From positions 60,766 to 124,765 of the forward strand of contig JAFWDK010000016.1 of assembly GCA_017513085.1 (NCBI GenBank): DNA of 64,000 nucleotides, given 5' to 3'. The DNA comes from Clostridiales bacterium. Its GTDB lineage: Bacteria > Bacillota > Clostridia > Saccharofermentanales > Saccharofermentanaceae. The notes under the pieces were generated by a model, which had not been told where the DNA came from, ran no database searches, and saw only the letters and a list, made by a program, of their open reading frames with translations. Of the stretch, positions 17,719-27,884 are shown one piece after another; the stretch's first letter is position 1; each line of letters starts with the position of its first letter. The position numbers and the translations under genes were made by a program.

Positions 17719-20075
17719 CCATGACAAAAGAAAAACTTCTCGCAGGATCGCACTTCCGCAAGAATAAGGGAAGCTCGATCGGTATCTTCCTTCTGATGTT
17801 TCTCTCATCGATGCTCCTTTCCCTGGCCATGATCCTCTTTACCGACACTTATCCGACTGCCCAAAACGAGGCCAAGCGCCTCAACTCCGGTGACGGCCAG
17901 CTGACTTTCACGAGCAGTACGATCGACGAAACAAATCCGGATCTTCAGGAATTGTTTAACAGTAACACCACTTCTTACGATGTGGCAAAAGCACTGAGTT
18001 TTATTAATACGAACGTTCCTTTTGTAAATGGTGAAGTCATTCTCCGACTTCAGGTCGAGACTCTTGATACCCTCTCCAAAAAGCAGATGGCTAAAACCGA
18101 GATCCTCGATGGAGATACTTCGATCACATCGGACTATATCTATGTTCCGTATCAGTTCAAAACATCAGGTGGTTTTTCTGTCGGAGACGATTATTCTCTT
18201 ACACTCCTCGGTAACAAATACCAGTTCAAGATCAAAGGATTCCTCAATACCGTATATGGCGGCTGCAATAACGGTGGTGTTTTCGAGATGGTCGTATCTC
18301 CGGAAACCTACGCGGATCTTCTCTCCAAGATTGGAGATACAGGAGAAAGCTCTATCATCACCTATGAATTAAAAGACGACGTGAAGCCGAGTGCTTTCCG
18401 TATCCGCACATTGAATACTCTGAAGACACTTGATCCTTCTGCCGATGTCAGACTGGAACCACTCACAGAAGTAATGAGCGGAAGAACCTTCATGTCCCTG
18501 ATTATCGCCGGTTCTTTTCTCGCCGTGACCATGATCGTCATGATCGTTATCGTTCTGATGATCATCAACAGCATCAGCAACTACATCAAAGAGAACATGA
18601 AGACCATCGGTGCCCTGAAGGCAATCGGTTATACCGGAAAAAATATCAAGGTTTCTCTTCTTCTGATGTTCGTCTCTCTGGCATTTTTCGCAGCAGTGCT
18701 TGGTGTTGCCGGCTCTTACCTGATCGCCGGTCCGATCGCAAGCGTTGTTATTGCACAGATGGGTGTACCGTACACCGTATCCTTCAGCTTGATCTCCACG
18801 ATCGTTGCATTTACAACAGTACTTCTGATCACAGTGCTTTTCACTCTGCTTTCTCTTCGCAAAATCAATAAGATCCAGCCGATCGTCGCACTTCGCGAAG
18901 GAACAGACAGCCATAACTTCAAGCGCAATCCGGTCAGACTCGACAAGTCTTTCCTCGGTCTTAATGCAAGCCTGTCGATGAAGACGATGCTCCATAACAA
19001 AAGACAGAACATCATCACGTTCTTCGTCACCGGATTCCTGGTATTCCTCTGCGTGATCGCGCTCCTGATGTTCGAAAACTTCAACAGAAAGCCGAACCTG
19101 AATCTTCTGGCCAATGAGATCTGCGATGGCATGATCCTTTTTGACAAAGACACCAAAACCGAAGGTGAAGCATTTCTCGCAAGCCTGGAAGGCGTATCAA
19201 ATATTAGAAGAGCCTACGACGATACTCTCTACGTCGGTGAGGAAAATTCTCTGTGGATGGAAGCTTATGAAGATCCGAATACGAAGAATAATACTGACAT
19301 CTGCTATAAGGGAAGACTTCCGCAGCACGATAACGAGATCAATATCAGTGGTCATTTCGGAAAGAACGAAGGATACAAGATCGGTGACGAGATCACGCTC
19401 ACACTGGGGGAAAATTCTTATACATATCTCATCACAGGATTTATCCAGACCACAAATAATGGTGGTGGCGAATGTATCCTGACTGAAGCCGGATACTCCC
19501 ACCTGGTGGACACATCCGAAAAGATCGGCATCTACTACTTCGATACTGAAAAAGATGAACAGATCGATCCTGCACTCGATGCATGCAAAGCAAAATTCGG
19601 TGATGGCGTGACCTCTGCCGCGAACTTCATTGATGTCATCGAAGCGAACATGGCTACTTTCCGTGGAATTGCCACATTGATGCTGATTATGGTAGCGACG
19701 ATCTCCGGACTTGTGATCCTTCTGGTACTCTACCTCCTGATCCGTTCCCTGATCTTCAGCAAGCGTAAGGACTACGGTATCTACAAAGCCATCGGTTACA
19801 CCAGCAAGAGTCTGATCCTTCAGACAGCAGGCAGCTTCATGCCGGCCATCATCCTGTCAGTTGTGATCTACTCGATCGTCTCCTACTTCATGGCTAACCC
19901 GTACATGGAACTCATCATGATCAACTTCGGTCTGATGAAGTGCACCTTCAGCATTCCGATCCCGGGTGTCATCATCATCGGTGCATCCATGATCCTCCTC
20001 TCTTTCCTCTTCGCTGTACTGCAGGCAAGAAGAATCAAGAATGTAGAACCGTACAAGATGTTAATCGCTGAATAA
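17712..20075 (+). CDS. FtsX-like ABC permease (two repeats)
   Basis: IGALKAIGYT and YGIYKAIGYT motifs, two large extracellular loops. Confidence 0.88.
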   Translation: MVTMTKEKLLAGSHFRKNKGSSIGIFLLMFLSSMLLSLAMILFTDTYPTAQNEAKRLNSGDGQLTFTSSTIDETNPDLQELFNSNTTSYDVAKALSFINTNVPFVNGEVILRLQVETLDTLSKKQMAKTEILDGDTSITSDYIYVPYQFKTSGGFSVGDDYSLTLLGNKYQFKIKGFLNTVYGGCNNGGVFEMVVSPETYADLLSKIGDTGESSIITYELKDDVKPSAFRIRTLNTLKTLDPSADVRLEPLTEVMSGRTFMSLIIAGSFLAVTMIVMIVIVLMIINSISNYIKENMKTIGALKAIGYTGKNIKVSLLLMFVSLAFFAAVLGVAGSYLIAGPIASVVIAQMGVPYTVSFSLISTIVAFTTVLLITVLFTLLSLRKINKIQPIVALREGTDSHNFKRNPVRLDKSFLGLNASLSMKTMLHNKRQNIITFFVTGFLVFLCVIALLMFENFNRKPNLNLLANEICDGMILFDKDTKTEGEAFLASLEGVSNIRRAYDDTLYVGEENSLWMEAYEDPNTKNNTDICYKGRLPQHDNEINISGHFGKNEGYKIGDEITLTLGENSYTYLITGFIQTTNNGGGECILTEAGYSHLVDTSEKIGIYYFDTEKDEQIDPALDACKAKFGDGVTSAANFIDVIEANMATFRGIATLMLIMVATISGLVILLVLYLLIRSLIFSKRKDYGIYKAIGYTSKSLILQTAGSFMPAIILSVVIYSIVSYFMANPYMELIMINFGLMKCTFSIPIPGVIIIGASMILLSFLFAVLQARRIKNVEPYKMLIAE

Positions 20076-20167
20076 TCAGAACTCGGTCTTTCGGATGCAC
20101 CTGACACAGCAGATTCCACCACGACCGGAGATCCTTGCATCACCGTCCTCTTCAAATAAATCATGTC

Positions 20168-20204
20168 AAAGGCGCTGTTTCAAAACAAATGAGGCAGCGC
20201 CTTT
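20168..20204 (+). terminator. Intrinsic terminator
   Basis: AAAGGCGCTGTTTCA-loop-TGAGGCAGCGCCTTT. Confidence 0.75.
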
Positions 20205-20473
20205 TCAAAGTGGCGATTCTTGGTTGGATAACCGATAAATTTGTCGTTCGATGAACCCAGGATCGATGGGTAAGTGATAATATAGAAGTCGTGAAGAAAC
20301 AGTGTAAGAAAAATTTTTCGAAATATGTGTCACATTTTTCGATACCCACCTGTATATATAGGGTGAAAGGCGGAAAGCCTAAACGCGTTCCTGTCGGCTT
20401 TGATTTCTTGTCTGTATCTAGTTAGGAGCATGATATAATAAAATCATGGGAATATGTGAAGACAGGTCTGAAT

Positions 20474-20932
20474 ATGATTAGTAAAAGACTCATTAATACA
20501 ATCCTTGTTGCTATAGTAGCATTTTTATGCTTGTCGTTTCTGATAGGCTGCACTCCCAAGGAGGGGACAGAGTTTGATATTAACAATCGTGAGACAAAGG
20601 CTTATTCAGATGAAGAGTTAAAAGAGTTTATGCAGTACTACATCTCTGAAAAGAAAGCTCATCCGGGTGATGAAAAACACTGGAGTAGGAAGATTATGTT
20701 TATTGGATTAAATGAGAGGGAGCACTGCCTTGATATAACTGTCATCGATTGTGATGAAGAAATCATGAAAGAAGTGATAGCAAATCTCAAGGATTATCCC
20801 GCGAATATTCATATTACCGATCATTATATTGTAGAAGCTGGTTATGAAACTAGAGAGGAACATATATATAAAAGGCATGACGATGGGACTATTGAAGAAT
20901 ACCATTATCGGGCACGTGAGAATGACGCATAG
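20474..20932 (+). CDS. Hypothetical lipoprotein, visibly AT-richer than its neighbours
   Basis: Signal peptide ending LIGC; no recognisable domain; alternative GTG start at 20456. Confidence 0.6.
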   Translation: MISKRLINTILVAIVAFLCLSFLIGCTPKEGTEFDINNRETKAYSDEELKEFMQYYISEKKAHPGDEKHWSRKIMFIGLNEREHCLDITVIDCDEEIMKEVIANLKDYPANIHITDHYIVEAGYETREEHIYKRHDDGTIEEYHYRARENDA

Positions 20933-20962
20933 AAGGAAGTGAATCTTTTCCGCCCAGGCTTC

Positions 20963-22582
20963 TTAAATCGTCTCATCCACATACTCGATCAGCATATCCG
21001 GAATGTACTGATAGTGGTGACTCTTATAGAGTTTGGATGCAGCCATCGGAGAAGACGGATCGCAGTGCGCATTGACCCTTTCTTCCAGATGCGCGATCGC
21101 GTCCAGTGTGGAGTCATTTTCGCCGAAGTATTCCTGGTAATCCTCATTCTCATCCGTGCCTCCGGTGATGAGGATCTTCTTGTTCATGGTCTGGTTTCTC
21201 TCGAAGTATCCGTAGTCGTTTTTCTGTTCGGAAAAGTCATCCATCTCCGTGGAATAAGGAGACCAGAACGCCGGACTTCCGATAATGTATTTTCCGAAAG
21301 GCTGGTTCTCATAGCGATCGGAATTGAAGGCCGCGTAGTGGGCGAACACACCGCCTAACGAGTGCCCGAAAAGAGTCGAGTTTTCAAAATCGATACTGTA
21401 CTTTTCGCCAAGATACGGCATAAGATCATCGGTGATGAAATCCAGAAACTTATCCTTTCCTTCACAGAATAATGCCGAGCGTTCCATATTGTCCGAGTTA
21501 CTGATCGTATAGTCCTGTCCGATGGAGATCAGTATCTGCGGCTTCGCACGTCCTTCTTCCATCTCCTTGAGAAGTTTCGCGATATCGTTGAAGCGCCAGA
21601 CCGCATCTGTCAAAACCAGGGCCGGCAAGACATCTTTTTCATTCTCATAACCTTTCGGCAATGCGACATGCACGATTAGAGTCCGGTCCAGTTGTTCGTC
21701 ATAGATGTGATATTCCGTGACCTGATCCTTGATGGCAGCAACCGCATCCCGGTCCAGTTCCCAGGAACAATCCAGACCTTCTTCAAGGATCCTGACATTG
21801 TCCCAATATTCATCGAAGGCTTTCAAGGTCGTATTCCTGGGCATGGTCTTATATTCACCACTCATCATGGCCTCGAATATGCGGATGATGTCCGCCTTCA
21901 TCTGCTCCGTATCGGAAGTGGATACGGATGTCTTCACGTATTCATAGTCTTTCCCCTCGTACATTTCCAGAAGATCCGGGAGAAGAGAAAGAAACTCATC
22001 GTAGTTGTTATACTCTTTTGTGACAAACTCCGTTCCTCCCCATACGGAATAATATCCCTTCCCTTTATTGTATTTATATTCGGGAAGCAGCCTGTCGTAG
22101 AAACGTCCGTCCACTACTGCACCATACACGAGGTGCGTATCGTTTTTGATGTTTTGTTCCTTGATTTCTTCGAGTTCTTTCTCGGTATATCCCATCTGAA
22201 TATAGTCTTCCCGATTCTCGTCTATTTCCTGATTCAGATCTTCCGGTCCCCAGATCTCGAAATACACCCCATCCGTGTATTCTTCGGAAATGACATACGG
22301 ATCTTTTTTCGCCGCTTCCGCCCATGGCTCATCGAGAAGCGTCAGAGGTCCTTCTTTGATCGAAGCACGCTCCTTCTCCGTCATGTGACCGGTAAGCCGG
22401 ACCAGTGCTTTTTCCGTATTGGAAATACTTGCCCCGGCAACGGCGCTTTCTTGTGTCGTTTCTTCAGCAAAAGCACTTGCCGTTGTCGTGCCTTCGGTCT
22501 CCTTCTTGCTGCATGCGGCAACGCTTGGTGTCAGAAGCGCAATACAGATCGCCGTCAGAATAATTCTGCTTATTTTCTTCAT
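20963..22582 (-). CDS. Lipoprotein with C-terminal alpha/beta-hydrolase (putative esterase, IroE/Fes-like)
   Basis: Lipobox VAAC; VHVALPKGY, FLDFITDDLMPYL, nucleophile elbow GHSLGG, GSPAFW. Confidence 0.8.
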   Translation of the reverse strand: MKKISRIILTAICIALLTPSVAACSKKETEGTTTASAFAEETTQESAVAGASISNTEKALVRLTGHMTEKERASIKEGPLTLLDEPWAEAAKKDPYVISEEYTDGVYFEIWGPEDLNQEIDENREDYIQMGYTEKELEEIKEQNIKNDTHLVYGAVVDGRFYDRLLPEYKYNKGKGYYSVWGGTEFVTKEYNNYDEFLSLLPDLLEMYEGKDYEYVKTSVSTSDTEQMKADIIRIFEAMMSGEYKTMPRNTTLKAFDEYWDNVRILEEGLDCSWELDRDAVAAIKDQVTEYHIYDEQLDRTLIVHVALPKGYENEKDVLPALVLTDAVWRFNDIAKLLKEMEEGRAKPQILISIGQDYTISNSDNMERSALFCEGKDKFLDFITDDLMPYLGEKYSIDFENSTLFGHSLGGVFAHYAAFNSDRYENQPFGKYIIGSPAFWSPYSTEMDDFSEQKNDYGYFERNQTMNKKILITGGTDENEDYQEYFGENDSTLDAIAHLEERVNAHCDPSSPMAASKLYKSHHYQYIPDMLIEYVDETI

Positions 22583-22633
22583 AATGGATCGACCATCCCT
22601 TCATTTGTTTCTAAAGAGATGGTATCACCCTAA

Positions 22634-22673
22634 AAAGGATCTCTTAGGGAGCTTTTATGGATTTTGTGTGGAG
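22634..22673 (-). promoter_or_regulatory. Four 11-bp-period (C/A)TCC direct repeats; probable response-regulator site
   Basis: Minus strand CTCCACA-N4-ATCCATA-N4-CTCCCTA-N4-ATCCTTT ahead of a TACCAT -10 (22619-22624). Confidence 0.6.
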
Positions 22674-22688
22674 TAGTTCCCGTACAGA

Positions 22689-23948
22689 TCAGTTCACGAT
22701 CACCGATGAATAGGCATTCAATTGTTCTCCTGTATGTGCATCGACATACACGAACTCCGATTTTTTATTCTTGTGTCCGCAATACACCAGATATATCTCG
22801 CCGTCGTTCTCCCAGATGGTCAGATCGGCGTACTCAAGATCATAGGCTTCGATGGCCTCTTCTTCCGTAATATCCGGCTTGACCGAGAAGTCGGAAGGAA
22901 TATCCAGGACATGACACTTGATGGTCGTCGTTCTTCTCCAATTGCAGACGATAACATTCAACGATGCGTCTTTTACCTTCACGCCCTTGAAGTACTGGTC
23001 GAAATCATACCTGTCCATCACATCTTCGCAGAACATCTTCTCGAACTGAAGCTGCTTGACTTCGTTCTCGATATGCAGGACCTGCTCCACGGACTTGATG
23101 CAAAAGAATGCTTCCCTCGGCGTTTCCGCGATCGGTTCCGAGATCTCGCCGGACAGATCGTAATCTTTCCAGAGGCCTTCACATTCGTCATACAGTTCGA
23201 CCTCCTCCGGATTCGCGGCAAAAAAGACCAGATCCGGGATCGTCGTAAAGATGTACCATCCGCCGTCGGTATCCTGCAGTTTTTCGTTATACTCCCATAT
23301 CGAAGGCTCGCCATAGTCATCCAGAAGCGGCATTTCATCCGCCGTAAATCCGTCATACATATCTCTCGCCACGCGGAGTTTATAGTGGAGTTTCAGTGTT
23401 CCTTCGCTATCGGAAAAAGCGCCTTCCAGTAACACGAAGAGGCTTCTGTCATGTGGTCGGTGAACGGTTCCGTCCGATTCGATCACAGACTCATCCGAAC
23501 TTTTCCAGGTAACGGTATAGCCGTTGAATTCAGAAGGAAGCGAAAGGTCATGTGTGATGTCCGCCCATTCTTCGTCAGTGATAGCGTTAAAGCACTCTCT
23601 GCTGGCCTCGTACATACCTAAGTCGACCCGGCCGATCTCTTCATAATCATATCCCTGCAAAAAGATCGGATACGGTCCACTGGTATAGTCCTCAAGAGGT
23701 ATCTCTTCTTCAAAAGGGCCATACGAGAGAGTGAGCATTTTCCTCTCTCCGCTGCCGGTTGTTTCCTCGGTTTCCGTAGTCGTAGTCGGTGCGGAAGTTT
23801 GCCGCGTCGTCGGCACGGTCGTTTGTCTTGTCGTTTCTCTCGTCGTTGTTTGTTCGACTGTCGGTATTTTCTTCTTGCTCCTGGTCGTACAAGCAGTGGA
23901 TGTTCCTAAAAGAATGAGCGCCAGACTTCCTGCCAATACCCTTTTCAT
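22689..23948 (-). CDS. Lipoprotein with Thr-rich stalk, Ig-like domain and FTP+PepSY (M4 propeptide-like) C-terminus
   Basis: STAC lipobox; DLSLP...VTWKSSDESVIESDGTVHRP; FDQYFKGVKV; PDITEEEAI...VYVDAHTGEQL. Confidence 0.7.
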   Translation of the reverse strand: MKRVLAGSLALILLGTSTACTTRSKKKIPTVEQTTTRETTRQTTVPTTRQTSAPTTTTETEETTGSGERKMLTLSYGPFEEEIPLEDYTSGPYPIFLQGYDYEEIGRVDLGMYEASRECFNAITDEEWADITHDLSLPSEFNGYTVTWKSSDESVIESDGTVHRPHDRSLFVLLEGAFSDSEGTLKLHYKLRVARDMYDGFTADEMPLLDDYGEPSIWEYNEKLQDTDGGWYIFTTIPDLVFFAANPEEVELYDECEGLWKDYDLSGEISEPIAETPREAFFCIKSVEQVLHIENEVKQLQFEKMFCEDVMDRYDFDQYFKGVKVKDASLNVIVCNWRRTTTIKCHVLDIPSDFSVKPDITEEEAIEAYDLEYADLTIWENDGEIYLVYCGHKNKKSEFVYVDAHTGEQLNAYSSVIVN

Positions 23949-24033
23949 ATTCCCTCTCCCTTATCCAACATCGATTTCTCGTGTTCACTGATACTATAAC
24001 ATATGACAGATCAGAGGGACGTTTTGTTACGTA

Positions 24034-25473
24034 CTATCCTTTGGCCGCATACGGGATCTCAATCGTTGCCAGCACATCTTTTCCATCGTTTTCGAGACGG
24101 CAGGAACCGCCTTGTTTTTCTATGATCAGCCGCGCCAGGTAAAGACCTAATCCGGATCCGCCGCTTCTTCTGCTTCTGGATTTGTCCGTCCTGTAAAACG
24201 GCTCGAAAAGATGGGCGAGTTCCGTCTCATCGATATACGCGTCCGTATTCCGTATCGTCACGCGGACCAGCTTGTCTTCGACATTTTCCGCATCAACGAA
24301 AACAGTGGCACCTCCTTCGGAATAGAAAGCCGCATTGCTCAAAAATGCACCGATGGCGATGGACGTCAGGTCTTTATTTCCTTCGAAGATAAGATCGTTT
24401 TCGATCTGCAGTTCCATCTTGATCCCGCGCGCGGAGAAAAGCTCTTCGCACTCTTCCATCTTTTCTTCCAGAAGCTGTGCCATATCTGTCCGGGAAGTAG
24501 TGATCTCACGTCCCGACTGCATTTTTGATGCAGTGAGGATCTCGTTGATCAGGCTCTCCATCCTTTTGACGGTACCCAGGGAACGTGCAAGGTATTCGTC
24601 TCTGTCCGAATACGGACCGACACCATCGAGCATACCACGGATCTGCCCTTCCAGCACCGTCACCGGCGTTTTCAGTTCGTGTGATGCTGCAGCAAAGAAC
24701 ATATCTTTCTGGCTTTCCAGTTCCACCCGGCGAGTCACCTCTTCATTCAGTTCCTCATTCTTATGCTGAAGGTCACGAATCTTCTCGTCGAGTGTTTCCG
24801 CCATACTGTCCAGATCCCGGCCAAGATCTCCGATCTCGTCCTGTCTTTTCGGGTTGCATTTACGCGAGAAATCCATCCGGGCCATCGCATGTGAAACATC
24901 GCTCAGCTGCTTGACCGGCTTGGCAAACAGGATCGTGTAGATATAAGCGCAAAGAAGCGACACGATCAATACGATCACGAGAAGAAACGGCAGTGTCTTC
25001 GTAATGGATGCAGTCATAGGATTTGTCCGGTCCGCGTATATGATATATTCCAGTGAATAGCTTTTTCTTGCGTTCGCAAAATGGAATATACCGATGCCAC
25101 TGTATTTGTAATCATCCGCATACTTTTCCCGGATCTCCCGGAGTTTGGAATATGTATTGATCGCGTACACAGAATCTAAAGGATAAAGCGTCCGTTCCTC
25201 CCAGATCCCGTCGCCCTGGTAAAACACGACTTGTGCACCGGTCCGATGAGCAAAATCATCGATAGGAGCCACCGCATCTTCTTTTTTGGTATTTCCAAGT
25301 GTGTCGACCAGTTCCTCAAAAGCTCTCTCGGCTTCTTGCTTCTGCACCTCGCTGTAGCTACGCGGAGTCGCCTGATAGAGCGCCCCGATGATCAGCGCGC
25401 CGAAGACGAGCTGGGTGAGAAACGTGATCAGAAACACTTTTACTGACAGTCGGTCAAAGATCTTCTTTGGCAA
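24034..25473 (-). CDS. Sensor histidine kinase (HAMP)
   Basis: DEIGDL HAMP, ASHELKTP, LFEPFYRTDKSRSR, GGSGLGL; TTG start. Confidence 0.92.
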   Translation of the reverse strand: MPKKIFDRLSVKVFLITFLTQLVFGALIIGALYQATPRSYSEVQKQEAERAFEELVDTLGNTKKEDAVAPIDDFAHRTGAQVVFYQGDGIWEERTLYPLDSVYAINTYSKLREIREKYADDYKYSGIGIFHFANARKSYSLEYIIYADRTNPMTASITKTLPFLLVIVLIVSLLCAYIYTILFAKPVKQLSDVSHAMARMDFSRKCNPKRQDEIGDLGRDLDSMAETLDEKIRDLQHKNEELNEEVTRRVELESQKDMFFAAASHELKTPVTVLEGQIRGMLDGVGPYSDRDEYLARSLGTVKRMESLINEILTASKMQSGREITTSRTDMAQLLEEKMEECEELFSARGIKMELQIENDLIFEGNKDLTSIAIGAFLSNAAFYSEGGATVFVDAENVEDKLVRVTIRNTDAYIDETELAHLFEPFYRTDKSRSRRSGGSGLGLYLARLIIEKQGGSCRLENDGKDVLATIEIPYAAKG

Positions 25474-26134
25474 CTTTATACCCCCGTCCTCTCACCGTCT
25501 CGATGCAGTTTCCGGCATCTCCCAGTTTGTGCCGCAGATTCTTGATATGGCTATCCACGATGCGTTCATCCACAAATGAATTGTAATCCCAAAGCATATC
25601 CAGAAGCATCTCACGTGTATACACACGTCCGGGGTTCTTAAGGAGAAGCGCCAGCAGATCGAATTCTCTCGAAGTGAGCTCTACACGATTCCCTGACACC
25701 AGAACCTCCATCGTATCGGCACACATGGAAATATCTCCGTAGACGAGCGTGGAGAGTGACTGCGAAGAATGGGATCCTTCCCGACGAAGGACCGCGCGAA
25801 CTTTTCTCAGAAAGACCGGCATGGAAAAGGGCTTGGTCACGTAGTCATCCGCCATCGAATCATAGCCTTTCAGAAGATCCTTCTCCTCTCCCAGGGCAGA
25901 AAGAAAGATCACCGGCACATCCGACTGTTTCTTGATCACTTCGCACACGCCGTATCCATCGATCTTCGGGATCATGATGTCCAGTATCACGAGCGAAAAT
26001 TCTTCTTTTGAAAACAATGACAATGCTGCCACGCCATCCTCGGCTGACGCCACATCGTACCCCTCGTGCCTCAGGTAACTGACGAGGAGTTCTCGAATAT
26101 CAGGTTCATCTTCCACAACAAGTATCTTTTTCAT
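25454..26134 (-). CDS. OmpR-family response regulator
   Basis: MKKILVVEDE, LDIMIP, ADDYVTKPF, VDSHIKNLRHKL, TVRGRGY. Confidence 0.94.
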   Translation of the reverse strand: MKKILVVEDEPDIRELLVSYLRHEGYDVASAEDGVAALSLFSKEEFSLVILDIMIPKIDGYGVCEVIKKQSDVPVIFLSALGEEKDLLKGYDSMADDYVTKPFSMPVFLRKVRAVLRREGSHSSQSLSTLVYGDISMCADTMEVLVSGNRVELTSREFDLLALLLKNPGRVYTREMLLDMLWDYNSFVDERIVDSHIKNLRHKLGDAGNCIETVRGRGYKVAKEDL

Positions 26135-26140
26135 GCTTAC

Positions 26141-26173
26141 ATTATAAATCACGATTGTGGATTTTGTATGGAG
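26141..26173 (-). promoter_or_regulatory. Regulator promoter: TATAAT -10 plus CTCCATA-N4-ATCCACA repeats
   Basis: TATAAT at 26141-26146, 6 nt before the ATG; repeat pair at 26156-26173 matches 22656-22673 at 16 of 18 positions. Confidence 0.6.
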
Positions 26174-26285
26174 CATTCCTTGTTCCGCTCATATCCTGAA
26201 ATAGCGGTAAAGAATATGCTATAATCGAAGCGTCTGCGGAAGGCCGCAAATACTTTTTCGTATGAAACATAGGTAAGGGGACAAA

Positions 26286-27833
26286 ATGGGCGAAGGAACT
26301 GCATTGAAGAAAAACGGAAAAACATTACAACCTGGTAAGGATCGGCTCTATCCTTCGATGATCTTTATTCTTCTTTTCATCTTAACTTTTTGCCTCTCTC
26401 CCTTCTCTCCTCTCTACCGGTACAACTTCAGTCCGGACGAAGTCTGCTACAAGACCATCAGCCTCGGCCTTCTCGAGGGGAAAGCACCGTATCGGGATCT
26501 TTTCGATCATAAGGGACCTCTTTCCTATCTGATCTATTCTTTTGGTTTTCTCATTTCCGGCAAAGCCAACTGGGGCGCATGGATCGTCACCTATCTTTGC
26601 AATGCCGTCGCTTACTTTTTCACTTACAAGACCATGCGTCTGTTCCGTGACAAAGAGCACTCTTTCCTTACGACTCTCCTTCTTATGGTCGTCTGCGGGT
26701 TCTGTCTGGAGAATGTTCTCTCCAATCTTTCCAAGCCGGAGAACATGCTTCTTGCCCCGCTTATGGTGTCCACCTATTTTTTCCTGAAGGAGTGCTTCAA
26801 GCACGAAGGCAACAAATTCGAGCACATTTCCCACCGCTCTATGTTCATCATCGGGCTGATGTGCGGCGCGGTATTCATGATCAAACTTAATGTCTGCATG
26901 CTCTACTTCGCCTTTATCGGATGCTACTTCTTGTGGCTTCTGATCAAGAAACAATTTCGTTTCTTCTTTATCAATACCGGCGTATTCCTTGGCGGTATCG
27001 CCGCTGTCTGCACGCCGATCGTGATCTTCCTTGCCTGCATTCGCGATCTTCGCGAGTTCATCGATGTCTACTTCATTTTCAATCTCAATTATTCCCAGGA
27101 AGGCGACGGGCTTTTCTATCTGACCAAGATCGTCCTGACAGTTCCCGGAAAGATCACCATCACACTCCTTCTTTTGATCACGATCCTTGCGGTCATCCGT
27201 GATCATCTGAAAAAAGAACTGAACAAGCAGCGGATCATCATGCTCGTTCTGGCCGCTCTTGTTTTCACCGTATTGACCATGCCTCTGGTATGCACCTATT
27301 TTTATATCGTATTTCTTCCTTTCTATCTTTACGGCGCAGATTGTCTGGCTTCCATCTTCATGCTTCTGGCCAAGGACGAAGTCAGCAGAAAGCAGATCCC
27401 TGTCATGATCTATATCATTTTTTCGATCTCCATTATCTTTCAGATCATCATCGCACCTTACGTTCCCTGGAAGAAAACAGACGAAGAACGACTGGTGGAA
27501 GCATACGGAAAATCTCATCCTGACGCTTCGGTCCTGTATTTCGACCGGATCTGCGCAGAAATGTTCAGCGATTATATTCCTGCCATACCGGAATTCAGGC
27601 AATTCTATGTACCGCCGGCCAGCAATGCGGATATGATCGAAGAACAAAAGAGACTGATCTCCACCCATCAGGCAGAAGTCGTCGTCTTCTCCAGCAGCAC
27701 AAACGAGAGCCGGGATGCTTCCTTCCATGAATTCATGAAGAATAATAACTACTCTCAGTACGTCGCCATCGCAGAAAATCCCGGCGTGGAGAATTCCTCT
27801 TACTTCTTCATGTATGTGCTCAACGAAGGGTAG
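26286..27833 (+). CDS. GT-C-fold membrane glycosyltransferase (PMT/ArnT-like)
   Basis: First outer loop PDEVCY...G.APYRDLFDHKGPL, about 11 TM segments, C-terminal soluble domain. Confidence 0.7.
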   Translation: MGEGTALKKNGKTLQPGKDRLYPSMIFILLFILTFCLSPFSPLYRYNFSPDEVCYKTISLGLLEGKAPYRDLFDHKGPLSYLIYSFGFLISGKANWGAWIVTYLCNAVAYFFTYKTMRLFRDKEHSFLTTLLLMVVCGFCLENVLSNLSKPENMLLAPLMVSTYFFLKECFKHEGNKFEHISHRSMFIIGLMCGAVFMIKLNVCMLYFAFIGCYFLWLLIKKQFRFFFINTGVFLGGIAAVCTPIVIFLACIRDLREFIDVYFIFNLNYSQEGDGLFYLTKIVLTVPGKITITLLLLITILAVIRDHLKKELNKQRIIMLVLAALVFTVLTMPLVCTYFYIVFLPFYLYGADCLASIFMLLAKDEVSRKQIPVMIYIIFSISIIFQIIIAPYVPWKKTDEERLVEAYGKSHPDASVLYFDRICAEMFSDYIPAIPEFRQFYVPPASNADMIEEQKRLISTHQAEVVVFSSSTNESRDASFHEFMKNNNYSQYVAIAENPGVENSSYFFMYVLNEG

Positions 27834-27884
27834 GATGTGATATAATTTTTCTGTCAACTGATTCGTTTTTCGGAGGTAAAAGCC

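Noticed and set aside
11097-26200. Genomic island integrated at tRNA-Arg
   Set aside because: No integrase, no duplicated tRNA 3' end found by eye, and composition mostly matches the rest of the window.
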